A stretch of DNA of 63,128 bases, filler included, from Reticulomyxa filosa (GCA_000512085.1; 14 parts of 14 records of this genome joined end to end with filler, not necessarily neighbours in it); one strand, 5' to 3'; counted from the first letter of the whole stretch, positions 49,848-63,128 are shown. Notes: generated from the sequence alone by a model not told the origin. A program made the numbers and translations.

Positions 49848-52800
49848 TTTTTGCAAGTTTATCAGATTATTTATTTTTCAATGTGCATGTCAAACTTCTT
49901 CATGAGTTCAACTTTTGACATTTTTTGCTTGGTTTTGTTGTTTTAAAATCAACTACTACGATACAATTCTTTTCTTGTGTGTAACCCTCGCAGTTTTGAA
50001 ACATAAAAGAAAAAGAACAGATAATCATTGAGGTGCTGAGATTATATGAACAAAAATTCATTGAACACTTGGTAATTTGCCAGCAATAATTTGTTCAAGA
50101 GAATACCCAAAATCCGCGATTTTTTCGAAGCATAATTTTTTTCATGGCACAAAATTTTATTGAAATCTTTGTTTTCATTTTCTTACTATAAAACTAAATG
50201 AAAAGGATTATCGCTCTTTTGTCCATTCTCATATTTGTTTTTTTTTAAAGTCAGATCAAAGTCAACCTTGATTGATGGTGGTCCTTTTTTAATTTTTTTA
50301 AGCATGTTTTCTTTTTTTTTTCAAAAAGGCTTTATGGTTTTAGTTAACAAAAAAAAGCAATTTAATAGAATATTTGCTTCCTTTTTGAACAAAAAAAAGG
50401 GATAACGTAATTTTTTAAAATAAATCACTTTGGACAGTACGAACAATCAATAAAAGACAAAATGTTGATAATTTGTGCATTAACCAGTCTTTTAGTTTAC
50501 AAAAGCCTTGCATCGGGCATCATGGAAGACAAATTACTTGCAGCAGACTAGTTTTGTCTTTTTTTTTTATATAATTTTTTTTTATATTGTATGATACAAG
50601 TGTTAGTTTGTGAGATTTTCGATCTGGTTAACCAATTAGAGATTGAAGATATATAAGGATTAAATATGATCCGCTGAATATTCACAATTTATAATAAATA
50701 ATTTTATTAGTAATTTAAATGTAATATTTTCATTATCATTGAAAATGAAATTTATTTTTAGGATATACGATTAACTGAATTATACATTATCAAAGTAGAT
50801 GATAATGTATATGAAATTTATGCATTAAATTTATGAAGCTGAAAAAGAAAGATAATGATAAATATGTTATTAATTTATGTTATGATCCAAGAAAAGGTAT
50901 CATTTGTATTTTGGAATAATTTAATTATTGTTTGAAAAGTTTAATTAAAGACAGTAAGTTGATATTAAATTTTTTTTATTTTATTGAATGCAAGCATTTA
51001 ATTATTGTTTTATTTTACTTTTGTTTAAAAAAGCTGCGTTCAATGTTTTTTAAAGAATTCAGATACTCAGATCATGAAGTTCCAGATTATCAACATTCAC
51101 GTGATTATGTTTTGTTTCAGCGATTTAAATGGAATTAGTATATATATGATAAGAACAATAATATTAATGATGCACAAAAAGAACTTCTACCACAAAACGG
51201 ATGACAATCTACAAACATTGCTGTATTGTTATTCCGATAATAATATTGATAATTTTTGTGATTTTTTCGCAGTTAGTGCTATAGAATAATTGCAATGTCT
51301 ATATTTTTTAAAGGTCTTTCATTGACTTACAAATTTTCAATGCAAATCAAAACATACAAAAAATTGAAACTTTTTTACAATCCAATTTTTATTCAAGATT
51401 AGCAGCCTATTCACAACCCAATTTCATTTTGTGCTAGGCAAATATTCACTTTCAAAACATGAACAATTACTGTCCCCAACACGGAATCTCTTCAACACTT
51501 TCTTATGTACAATGAAAGATAAAAATGTGACAATCAATTTCACTTACATGTAATGTTTTCTTTTGAAAAAAAGCTAAAAGATTGTTCTTTAGAGAACATG
51601 AAGATGCTTTTTATTCACCTTTACGACTTGGAGAAAATAATGTATGTGATTACAATAGATTTAAACTAATTTCTGACCCTCTCATAACAATTTTTTTTGA
51701 AGGGGAAATAAAGAACTTTTTTATCACAAATTGTTTTTTAAGCAGCGATCAAATAATCTCCTAGTTTGTTCAAATTCCGCAGTGTGCAATGACTGAGATA
51801 GATATATCAAATCAGCTTGACTGTCTGAAATATAATTTCGAGGATACAAATACAGTTAATCGTTTTTCTTTGGTCATTTATAAGTAAATTTATTTGATTT
51901 TGTGTTAGAATCAAATATTTATCTATCACAAACCTGAAAATACTTTGAAAAAGTCATTTAACAAAAACATAAACATTATTTTAGTTTAAATCTTTAGTAA
52001 GAGTGCTATTAGTGCTTTGTGTAATATATTTATATTTGTGAAAGTCCATCTACTTATTTTCCATTAATTTTTCTATAGATAAAATGTCTGTGCTTTTAGC
52101 TCCATTATTTTTTTAACAAATGTTTTGTTTGAAGTGAAACCGTTCTTACGATTGTTTTTGTTTTTAGTTTTTTGATAAGCTAAAACATCTTATTTTAAAC
52201 TTCTGAATATTAAACAAATTATATTTGCAAGTAGAAAGGGAAAACACCCACTTTCTGATTTTTTTCCTTCTCAGTCGTTAACATTATTTTTGCTTAATCA
52301 CAAACATACTGTTAAATTTTTTTGGATCAACAATATTTTTGTGAAAAGTTCCACTGTTCACAGAGAAACTCAAAATTTTTCAAATCTAACAAAGTCAGAA
52401 AAAAAATTTGCCATGCTATTCTCTTTTTTTTTGCACTTTTTACAATCAACTTTTGGCACACTTGTCCAAGAAGAAACAAGATAAACAAAAGAAAAATTTT
52501 GAAAATTTTCATAACAGCCTTAGACAATGACACAAACGCATTTCTTGCATCATAAAGATTGACATTGAAAGCTCACTTTTATACTATTTTATATCTATAA
52601 ATGTACCAAAGTAATCGTAAACATTGACGTTTTTGAATAGAAATATTTAATTCTACCAACTGTTTCACTGTTTTACAGTTTAAATATTCGCAATTGTTGT
52701 CGTTGTGTTGTATTCCACGTTTTTTGTATTCACTATGTTGTAATTCGTATCAGCAGTTTTTGTGATTCATTTCACCAAAAGTTAATCTTTGTTGACAATC

Positions 52801-53357
52801 GAAAACAAAAAGGATTTTTTTTTTCTGCTATTCATTAGCTTTCTGAACTTTTAAGTCTTTTTTAACAAGTTATTTAAACCTGAGTAAAATGAATAGCTAC
52901 ATTCCAGTAAAAGTTTATTGATGTAGAGTGAATGCTCAAATATGAAATAATTGCAATTGTTTTGTTTAAAAACATAATGCTTTTTTAAGGGAAATAAGAT
53001 TTGCATTCATTTCCTTGACTTTTCCACTTATTCAACTTTGGTTACTTTGGGATTCTGTATTTCTATCGCATTTGTTCATTTTAATTTTTACAATGTTTGG
53101 TGCAATTTACAGATATATTCACGACTTTACTTTTTCATATATAAACTTTTTTTTAGAAATATTAAATGTTGCTATCTATACTTTCAGTAACTTAAGGCAC
53201 TGAATAGTCAAACATGCATTGAAATTATTCAATTTACATTTCAAAATATTTAAATTTTCAAGTAAAGAGATTACTCAACTGGGCAAAACAAAGATTATTT
53301 GAAAAAAAACAATCATTTTCATTGGAAAATTGGAAAAAATAAAGAAATATGATGAAA

Positions 53358-53885
53358 TTATTTGTGGAGCCTATTAAATGGTTTTGGATTGATATTTTTG
53401 ATATCATCTGGAGATAATTTAATACCGTAAATTGCAATTCTTCCTGCCCCACCTTTATTTCCATAAAGTTGATTTCCTCCAATACATGTAATAGCTCCAA
53501 AAGTTTGTTCCAGTGTATTTGGATGAGGTTGAGATTGACATTGCAATTCAATTAATATTGATCCTCCACTTCCACCACCAACTCCCAATCCATCACCTCC
53601 ATTGGACTGAATCGAGCCATGATTGATCAATTGTTGTTCAATTATCAGTTCAATTATCCCACCACCACTTCCTCCACTTCTTTGACGTTTATATTCGCTG
53701 TCTTCACTTCTTCGATGGTCATGTTTATTTCCACCGCTTCCAAAATGAATTTGTTTCAACAAAGTCTCTTCTCCATACATTTCTCCACCTTGTCCACTAT
53801 TTCCTTCTCCTTTCGTTCCATATCCACCACCACCTCCATTTTTACCCTTTTCCGGGACCTTCATTCATTGGATATCCCAATTTTG
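53358..53885 (-). CDS. glycine-rich repeat protein, C-terminal fragment
   Basis: GGGGGYGTKG...GGEMYGEETLLKQIHFGSGG...GGSGGGIIELII...GSIQSNGG...GGGSGGSILIEL...GGAGRIAIYG. Confidence 0.75.
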
Positions 53886-53985
53886 NNNNNNNNNNNNNNN
53901 NNNNNNNNNNNNNNNNNNNNNNNNNNNNNTTAATTAATTAANNNNNNNNNNNNNNNNNNNNNNNNNNNNNNNNNNNNNNNNNNNN

Positions 53986-54991
53986 AAATTAAGATAATTC
54001 AAACACAATTCAATACACTTGATGATAAGGAATTAATAGAATATTGGTTGAATTTATTACAGTATTTGTGTATTTCAACAGAAACTTCAGATGTCGTTGT
54101 CCAATGCTACAGACAAGTTTGTAAGAGAGATATTTGGACGTATGCAAACTTACTTTGTGTGATATCAGTGAAATTAAATGAACAACAATTGGATGATGTT
54201 ATTGAATTCTTCATGAATGGACTTGTTGACAAAGATAAAGATATGCATAAAAGATGTGCAGAATCAATTGCAAAAATAGCATTGACATTGAATGAGAGAC
54301 AATTAAATAAAGTGTTTGAATGTTTGATGAATGCCTTTGAGAGTGGAATAATTACAATTTGTGATGATTGTGCACACGCACTTGCAACGATTTCATCACA
54401 ATTGGGAGGAAAACAGTTGGATAATGCATTCCAATGTTTCATTCATAGGTTTCCTTTATATATCTATAATGATGGTTATTATACAGATGCGACTCAATTT
54501 ATAATGAAATTGAAAGAAGGACAGTTAGATCATGTCTTTAAATGTTTGATTGGTCAATTATCCGATGAAGAAGAATACGATGGTGTTCGTATACAATGCG
54601 CAGAATCAATTGGAAAAATCTCAATGAAATGGAATGAAAAACAATTGATCGATGCTTTCAATTCTTTAATAGATATATTTGTAGATGCCTCTTGTAGTGA
54701 GTCTGAGGCTGTACATGAGGCAATTGCAGCAATTACAGTGAAATTGCCTGAAATTCAATTCGATAATGCTTTTAATTATTTAATTAGTATATTAAATTGT
54801 GAGAAAAATGCATATTATCCACTTTATATTATTGCACGAAGATTGGATGAAAAACAAATGAACATTGCATTGAATTATTTTATGGATAAGATAAAGGATA
54901 AAAATGAACATCAAAATATTCGTATCGATTGCATTCAAATAATTGAGGAAATTTCAAATAAATGTAATGAACAACAATTGAATGAAGCTTT
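53986..54991 (+). CDS. HEAT/ARM-repeat protein, internal fragment
   Basis: About 40-aa repeats LNEQQLDDVIEFFMNGLVD..CAESIAKIALTLNERQL...VRIQCAESIGKI; open frame of more than 300 codons running to the contig end. Confidence 0.8.
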
Positions 54992-55091
54992 NNNNNNNNN
55001 NNNNNNNNNNNNNNNNNNNNNNNNNNNNNNNNNNNTTAATTAATTAANNNNNNNNNNNNNNNNNNNNNNNNNNNNNNNNNNNNNNNNNNNN

Positions 55092-55412
55092 CACACACAC
55101 ACACACAAACTTAATAAAATTTCTTCGTTTGTTAATTCCACTCCAAGTGCTTTCTTGCTACTTCCATTTGGGAAAAGACACTTTTTGCTGCCGTTCTTAA
55201 TATGGGCTATGTGATATTCAGATTTGAAGCCTACGATTATATTTGTTCCAGAAAATAACAAACACTGTGGCTTCTCGGGCAGCACAATGCTTTGCTTTTT
55301 TTCTAACATTGTTTTCCATATTTCTCCTAGAGGTACTCCGCCAGATCTTGACACCTTGTTAGCATTTCCTTCTGTACATATACATATATGTATATGAATA
55401 TGAATATATATT

Positions 55413-55453
<41 letters not shown>

Positions 55454-55971
55454 GTATGTTGAAGAAATTAAGGATCTCTTCTCAACGTATCCATCTGTAA
55501 ACGAGTAAAGCCTTTTTTGTTCCGCAAGCGATCAGTGGCGGCTCTTCTGGACTGTGTTGCCATGGCTTAGAATATGCCACCGCACTACATTTTTCGGCTA
55601 ACTCACATAGCTTTGTAATTGTTATTTTCACAGTGCCTCCCTCTACGTTGTTCAACGATCTCAGGTCGAAATTACAATTTATACTGTAGAAACATACTGT
55701 CTCATCCACCAACGCTATCAACAGATTGTAATATTCTATTATGCACAGCTGCGTCAATACTTTACTGTAAAAGTTTCGCTCTTCGCAAACTAACTTGTAA
55801 TTTAGTCGCTTTGGCGCTTTACTTGTTGGCACATACACTCTCAGTGCCGAGTCACTACAAGCCTACAACTATTGCCGTTGCAAACATACTCAAGCATTTC
55901 ACTTTGAATTTCGCGTCATCAAATACTGTGTTTATGTCAAACAGAGGAATGGGCACTTTCTCAGGAAGCAT
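55092..55971 (-). CDS. CNH-domain protein (Vps39/Vam6/TGFBRAP1-like), 5' fragment with a frameshift at about 55860
   Basis: MLPEKVPIPLFD...VKCLSMFATAIVVG(C)SDSALRVY, LTQLCIIEYYNLLIALVDETVCFY, IACGTKKALLVYRW and VLPEKPQCLLFSGTNIIVGFKSEY. Confidence 0.72.
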
Positions 55972-57140
55972 TTTATTTTTTTCTTCTTCCACAATCTGTG
56001 AATTAAGGATTAAGACAATTTAAAAAAAGGTCCACAATGTCAATATTGTCCCTTACCCAGTTTATTTTTTGGAGAACTGTCAAGTTCAGAGAAAAAAATT
56101 TCTTTTTAAATATCAGTGTTTATCGTAATTTTTCAAATAATCTTGAATTTTTTTAAACATTTTGATATTTGAAATTTTGTCAATTAGCACTTGAACAAAT
56201 TTACCTTTTTTTAGATATTAAGGCTATAACCTGTGCAAAACTAGTCATGTTTGACAACTTATCCTGAACAGGATATAGTGCGCATATAAAACAACAAAAA
56301 CAAGTGCAAATTGTTCAAATCACACAAGCAATAATTGTTACAATTAATAAAAAAAATCAAATGTTTAATTGTAACAAAAACCAAAAAATGCCAGTATAAA
56401 TAAGTGCAAGTGTGGATATTTATTGTCATAATGCAATTATTACATTGTCGATTGTTATCAATCGAATTATCAAAGTAATTTTTTTACAAAAAATCCAAGT
56501 ATTCCACAGAAGCAAATTTTATTATACGTACAATTGCTAAAAGATATTTTAAAATACGTTATTTTATACAGCTTAGTATAATAAACATTTCTGATTTGAA
56601 ATATTGTATGCAATTACTACGTCGATCCCAAAGTTCAATTAAAATGACTTTATTAGACTATTTACTTTTTATTTTACATTGTTATTATTATAATGGCAGC
56701 AATCATAAATTGATTAAGTTCGTTTGCGATTCATATTTGAATTAATATTGACTTGAATAAATTTTATCATGTAAGTAACTTTCAACAAGTTAACTATTTT
56801 TAGTGAATAAAAAATGCTTTAAACAAAAAATTATATCACAATAAGAAAGCATATCCACTAAGTTTTCCGACATTAATACTGAAATATCACCATTAGCACA
56901 TTGGGATAACTGTCGTTAGAGAAAGTTTCAATTTTTTAAGTCTTTATTTGTTTATTTCAAACATAGTCGAATGTTAAGGAAAAAGACAGCCATTCAATGT
57001 TATAAAAAAGGCTCAAAAAAAATATGGATATAACAAAAAACAAATTTTTTTTCATTGCTTTCATCCCTCAATAGAACTCGTCATAAGTTACATAGAACCG
57101 TTTTTCAAAAGCAAATTTATTTTTTTTTTAGTTGGAACAT

Positions 57141-57431
57141 TTATTCCTTTTTGAAGCCAATATTTGTGGGTGCCGTATGTTTTTTCGATACTTTGCGGTG
57201 TGTATTGGAATTTTCTTTGAAGTCGTCATCTTGTTTTTCGTTGCCAGCCTTGGCCTTGTTATTGATAGCATTCGCCTGATCCTTGTTATTGGCAACATTA
57301 GCCTTGGCTGCCGTACTTGGCGTTGGATTATCATCCCAGCTATCCGAGTCACCTCCAACCCCACTTTCGTCATCATCCTCTTCATTATTGAGCTTTTTTT
57401 TTGCAACCGAGCCTTTGTCATACCACGACCT
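57141..57431 (-). CDS. last exon of an unknown gene (acidic/low-complexity tail)
   Basis: A frame missing from the ORF track reads SWYDKGSVAKKKLNNEEDDDESGVGGDSDSWDDNPTPST...TNIGFKKE*. Confidence 0.5.
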   Translation of the reverse strand, partial: RSWYDKGSVAKKKLNNEEDDDESGVGGDSDSWDDNPTPSTAAKANVANNKDQANAINNKAKAGNEKQDDDFKENSNTHRKVSKKHTAPTNIGFKKE

Positions 57432-57478
57432 TTAAGTGTTATTGTTATTGTTAAAATAAGAGAGAGCACAGCTTACAA

Positions 57479-57517
<39 letters not shown>

Positions 57518-57617
57518 NNNNNNNNNNNNNNNNNNNNNNNNNNNNNNNNNNNNNNNNNNNNTTAATTAATTAANNNNNNNNNNNNNNNNNNNNNNNNNNN
57601 NNNNNNNNNNNNNNNNN

Positions 57618-58947
57618 CAAATGGACCCCTTTGGAGTGTGTTCGAAAAAATTTAAGGGATAATTCACCGTTACTTGGAGACAATTACATGATTAGTCGTC
57701 ATTGCATGATAATCAGTGAACTTGAGCACTCCTGGCAAGTGTTGCTGGACCAAGATGTATTGAAGTACGACAATGAGTTTTTATTTGGAAGTTGCTTCCC
57801 TGCAGATCGGCTCACAACAATAACCAACTATAATCACCTGAACAAAATTATCAGCTGCATGGAAGGTGGCAAAACAGTGGTGATGTATAATCTCGAAAAC
57901 ATACATGAAAGTTTGTATGACATGTTAAATCAAAGGTATCAAAAGAGACCCTCTGGACAGCCCTATTGTCGGGTGGCTTTGGGCAGCGAAAGCAGAGATT
58001 GCTATGTCAGCGAAAAGTTTAAACTGATTATCATTGTTATAAAGTCCGTCGCCTACTCTCCAGAAATGCCCATTGCGTTTTTGAACCGCTTTGAAAAGCA
58101 GCTTATTTCGTACGAAAGCTCGCTGCAACCAGAGATTCGAGAGCGTATCCCGGCAATGCGAAACAGACTTTGCCAAGCGTTTGGAGTGAGTGATGATCAA
58201 TTGAGTGAATTGTTTCCTGGATTTTGTGATGACACCATTCCCTCGGCACTTTCTTGCATATTGGCAGACGAAAAATATGAGGAGCTTAAAATAGAACAAT
58301 ATACGGAGCCAGAGGAAGAGGCAAAAACAGAGACAGTCGACATCCGAGACATAGAATTGAAGATGTTAAAACTGTTTCGACCAATGTGTCGATCGGAAAA
58401 ACTCATCGAATTAGCAATTCAAAAAAAATATCCTTCCAGCGATGATCCAGCACAGCTAGAGCATTTTCCCGCTCTTGTATTATTTTTTAAAAAAAAATAA
58501 TATCTTTATATGATCTATACATATCACAAATACTTTGTATATAACAGAAAATGATCGTTGACGAACATCACGACAAATTTGCTGAGCAAATGCTGATGGT
58601 GTTGACACTGGACTTTGAATGTAATCTTAGCAAAGAGTGGCATGCCGATTTATTAAAAGTCGAAGACTATAACAAGGCAAGTGACTTTGAAAAAGCCGTG
58701 GAAAATATCTTCAGTGTTAAATCGGACAAAACCCGATTGATGTTGCAATTTCGCTACAAATTGCAAAACCAGACACAGTTTATCCAAGTCAAGCATATAC
58801 TCCAAAAAGCCCATCACCGATATCTCAAGTCAAAGAATAAGGCATTGCAAAAGGTGGTCGTTTTCATCGTCCATATCGACAAGAATGTAGTGAATGAATC
58901 ATTCCCTTTGATATTTTCAAGAAAATGGAAATACGTATACATGGACT
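57618..58947 (+). CDS. RNF213: RNF213 (mysterin)-like AAA+ ATPase, internal fragment
   Basis: FGSCFPAD...NKIISCMEGGKTVVMYNLENIHESLYDMLNQRY...YCRVALG...CYVSEKFKLIII...PIAFLNRFEKQ parallels RNF213 GSSFPKD/CMETG/LYESLYDALNQ/LINRLEK. Confidence 0.82.
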
Positions 58948-61900
58948 NNNNNNNNNNNNNNNNNNNNNNNNNNNNNNNNNNNNNNNNNNNNTTAATTAAT
59001 TAANNNNNNNNNNNNNNNNNNNNNNNNNNNNNNNNNNNNNNNNNNNNAAATTCATCTAACTGAAGATTGTTGTCCATCAGTTTTAACTTACTAGAGAAAA
59101 AACTCTCTACAGTACAAAAAAAAAAAGTTATATGTTCTCCAACAGATATTCTTTAATTTGAAAATACAATAACAAAAGATCTGGCGATAGTCCTATCAAA
59201 AAAAATGTTTGCTTGAATGTAATTAATTATTTGTTTTTGGCAGTCATTGATTATATTCTTTTTCTTTAGTTTCAACAATTTACAAAAAAAAAAAGGGTTA
59301 TGTTCGTGTTATTGGAACTGAAACAACAGAAGACAAATATCAAGACTAAGGACAACAAGTATAGAGCGAGTATCGATTATATCAGACTTTTATTTTTAAT
59401 TTGAAAAAAAGATTGATAAACAGTTTCTTTTTTAAAGAAAAGAAATAGTGTAATTGAAACACTATATACAAAAAATTCTTTCTTCAATTTGTTATTTTCA
59501 ATATTGCTTTTCATACAAATAACAAATTAAAATGCACTATTATTCTTTTTAAACTTTCCAAAAAATAAGAAAGAAAAAATGATTTAAATCTTTTATGGAG
59601 ATTATTTTGCACTTTCGAAGAAAAAAAAAAACTTTAAAAAAGATTTTTTACAAACAATTTTGAAGTCAATAAAATTTTGTGAATTAGAAATGCAAAAGGA
59701 GTCAAGGCGGTCAGAACATAATGAAGAGTACCTTGCAACTTTGTTCTTATATATTTTTTTATTTTTTCAATAAACATATTCATTGTCTTTTTTTTAAAGC
59801 GCGTTATGTACTTATTTGCTGGTGCTATCTAACTTGGTTTGGATGCTCACATTAACCTTGCATCATAAAAAAAATTTTCAAAACAACTTTCATTCATCTT
59901 TCGTGTCAAATGGTCTATACTTTATTTTGACAGAAGATGACAAATCCTCTAAAAAATCATAAAAGTTATTCTTATAAAAAACATAATTTGCAACACATTG
60001 CTTTGAAACTTGCGGACATGATAAACAATTCCAGACGATATAAGCTGTTTATCATCAAAAGAGTAACATTTTATCCTTTAAAAAGCAATCAATATTGCTT
60101 ATTCACTTTGGCTTTGTTTCGGATAAATCTGCTACTTTTTAGGGTTTTCCTTTTCCGCCCTTATCAAATGGGCGCTCATTTTTCTGACAAGATATTGGGA
60201 GCCCTTCGTGGGAAAAGAGATTTTTGTGGTTGGAGCTTGTTAGTCAAGACTATTTTCCTGACTAGTCAAACTCTTTCTTGAGTAGTCAATTTTTCTTGAC
60301 AATCAAAATTCTTTTCTCCTGACCAGTCAAATTTTTTTTCACTGTAAATATCTGTGAAAAATGTCAATTGCTTTTACTGGTTTTTTGAAATAATTATTCA
60401 AAAAAAAAAATTTCTCTTTGTTTGGAACAGCATAAGCCTATTTATTTTTATTATTGACTTTATAATTTCGTGAAAGAAAAATCGATTTCCCATGAAACCA
60501 GAAAAATTCGTTCATCACTTTGACTCAGACAAACAATTTAACGAAATAATACGTTACCTGAATTACACCCGCATTTCCGCAAAAAAAAAGAACAATTATT
60601 TAAAAACATATGACTAAGGATACACGCTTGTCCTTGTCAATACAACTTGTTTTAACAAAAAACAAAAAACAACGAACCATTTAACAAAAAAAGAAACGAA
60701 CAAAAGACAGTTTTTGTCANNNNNNNNNNNNNNNNNNNNNNNNNNNNNNNNNNNNNNNNNNNNTTAATTAATTAANNNNNNNNNNNNNNNNNNNNNNNNN
60801 NNNNNNNNNNNNNNNNNNNATTTATTTGAAAGGTTATACATTCTATTTTTTTAGCTAGCTTTTACAGTATGCCTTCTTTTTTTAAAAATTTATTAAATCT
60901 ATATCAAACTGTAAAGAAAAAATAATCCATTTAACAAAGGTTTACACTTGTGTTTAAAAGAATCTTTTATGTGTAATTTACCACTTGGTGGTCTTTATCA
61001 CAGCATGAATGCGCTTATGCATTGATGCAATAAGCATATCAAACAAATCACATTAAATCTAGTACTATTGCTTGATAAACTCATCAAATAGCTAATCTTT
61101 GCTTGAAAATAGTCTATTTTGTAAGTACTGCACTTGGTAATCAACCAAATGTTCTCAATTGAATTCAGATCTTGTTTTGCCACGTTTCGCATAGAATTTC
61201 CGTACAAAAGCATTTACAAAGCTATTCCCTTTGTAAACTTACAACAGTGCTTCCACATAATACTTTTTACTTTCTTCTGTGTTTATTGTTCGTTAAATAC
61301 TTTAACATTAGTCAGTATAATTAATTTTAAACTTTTTGTTTGGTAAGAGAGTTTTTTGAACATTGAATTTTTCAAACACAAGATGAAAAAGAATGATGCA
61401 TAACTTTTCAAATAAATACAAGATACAACATAGATGAAAGATAGTATGTAATTTGTTTTATGTATCTACAAAATTTCAATGAACATATACAAATTAAATA
61501 CTAAAAAAGCTAAATTTTTTTGGTTGTATAGTTTTTCTTTGCAAACTACTGTGCTTGTTTCGCTTGCATTTGATCGTTTGCCTTTTCTTGTCTTTGTACG
61601 TAAAAGAAAGTTTTACTTGATACAGATACACCATAAACACACTTTTGTAGAACTCGGACAGCCAAAAAAAAGCAAAGGAAGACAAAAGCAAAAAGAAAAG
61701 ATGAAATTTGGCGGCGCCACGATGTTACTGAGGCGCCGCCTTATCTCACTTTTTCTTTTTCGCTTTTTCCTTAATTTGCTTTTTTTTTAAAATTCTTTTT
61801 AATGCCTTTATTTGCTTTGACAAAAATACTTTTATGTAGTGCATTGATTCATTTTTTAAAGTACTGTTTCCGTTTACATTGATGCAATAACTACAGTACG

Positions 61901-63128
61901 TTGCAAAGAAAACTGTCCGGTAATTGCACTGGCTCTTTGTTCATCGTTTCAATCAGATTATTGTTGATATATGCGTTGATAATAGAAATATTGTCGAAAT
62001 TTATAGATATACCCAGATTTGTATTTATGGTGGTCTTTGTTTGTTTCAATTGTTTGTTAAGGTTGTGTTTGCCACTGTGCTTGCTGCAATATGACGTGTG
62101 ACAACCCAGTTCCTTGATTTTTGCTTGGCCTTTGTCATGTCGGATCAGCCAATACTTTTTCAAGCTAAATACATGTCTTTTAATAACGAAGAACGTGTAG
62201 TTAAGGGCAAGGTATCCATTTCCCCATTTTTTTAAACTAATCCTTGTACTGTAGTCCACGAAGTATGTTATTTGATACGTGTAAAAAAAAATGCCATTGA
62301 GGGCATAGTCGCACTATTATTACTTTTTACACGTCTTTTTTTTGTCGTGAGGGTCTACCTTGAACATTATTACCTCGATTTGGGTTACTTGCACGAGACA
62401 GCTATCCAAACACAAACAAAAAGAGATTGCGATAAGTCGATAGGAGATTTTCACAACTGTAACACTTCGAAGTAATCGACATCCACGAAAAAGAAAAGGA
62501 GATGAGAACAATCTCCATAGCTTCGCTTCAGAACTCTTTGACATGTCCGTTTCATCCAATGATTGTTTCTTTTTTTTTCTTCTTTCAAGCCGTGAGGAGA
62601 ATAACAAAAAAGAAGATTTGTAAATAGATCCATCAATTTCTCTGGGCAACATATGATACTGTCTTTTAATAATATGTCGATGATGCAAGTGGTTTTTTTT
62701 TTACGGTCAAACACGAATAAATCCTTATTTTCACTTTTCGTGACGTAACTAGTCCTTTTTGTTTTAAAAACTTGAATAAAGCAAAAAACCAATCTTCTTG
62801 ACAATCTAAAGGACAAAATATTGAAATAATTATGAAAGATGATAAAAACTAAATTCAAAATTATATTTAAAAACTATCTCAAGAATATATTATAGTCAAT
62901 TTTCAATGTTTCAAAGACTTCTTTATCAAAATATAATCATGCCATTGTGTGATAAGATCAATATTATAATTTTATCATAAGAAAATTATAAATTTTGTTT
63001 TTCTGGCCACTTTATTAGTAATATTAATGCTATAAAAAATGAATAATTCTTTTTAAATATTATTTTAAATTCTTTTTAGTTATTTCAGAAAAGTTGGGAT
63101 GGTCTGAAAGATGGTCGCAAAAGCTGGA

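Noticed and set aside
50600-53200. Short ORFs and coding-like scraps in very AT-rich DNA
   Set aside because: No motifs and frequent stops; at most unrecognisable pseudogene debris
24319-58947. NLR, cullin, SAM, HEAT and RNF213 genes as one defence island
   Set aside because: They lie on different contigs joined artificially, so there is no evidence of linkage
17074-60819. TTAATTAATTAA palindrome repeated 13 times, resembling a dispersed repeat, CRISPR repeat or excision site
   Set aside because: Always centred in identical N44 flanks; it is an artificial six-frame-stop contig linker
61891-62858. Overlapping 120-135 aa minus-strand ORFs as a possible transposase or RT remnant
   Set aside because: No DDE, RT or other motif was found; possibly a degenerate pseudogene but unassignable

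Overview
This is AT-rich, intron-containing eukaryotic DNA, not a prokaryotic locus. It consists of 14 separate contigs joined by artificial 100-bp spacers (N44-TTAATTAATTAA-N44), so gene neighbourhood only has meaning within a contig. The gene families, short A/T-homopolymer introns and many pseudogenes suggest a rhizarian, most like the foraminiferan Reticulomyxa filosa (inference). Contig 1 is a dense housekeeping cluster: alpha-tubulin, a C2H2 zinc-finger protein, SF3A2, UBR7, actin, UCH-L3 and a TRP-like channel. Contig 2 carries clathrin light chain, a multi-TM RGS protein, Rab18 and the most notable gene. That gene is an NLR-like STAND protein with the order CUE/UBA-like, Cys4 zinc domain, RelA/SpoT-type nucleotidyltransferase, NACHT, pentapeptide repeats and 14 WD40 repeats. 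It is a candidate immune receptor whose output would be a nucleotide alarmone or toxin. Later contigs hold fragments of cullin, SAM, PPR-like (an inverted duplicate with one dead copy), Gly-rich, HEAT, CNH/Vps39 and RNF213-like genes, plus degenerate pseudogenes and several unexplained repeats and hairpins. Several frameshifts lie in homopolymers and are probably sequencing errors.
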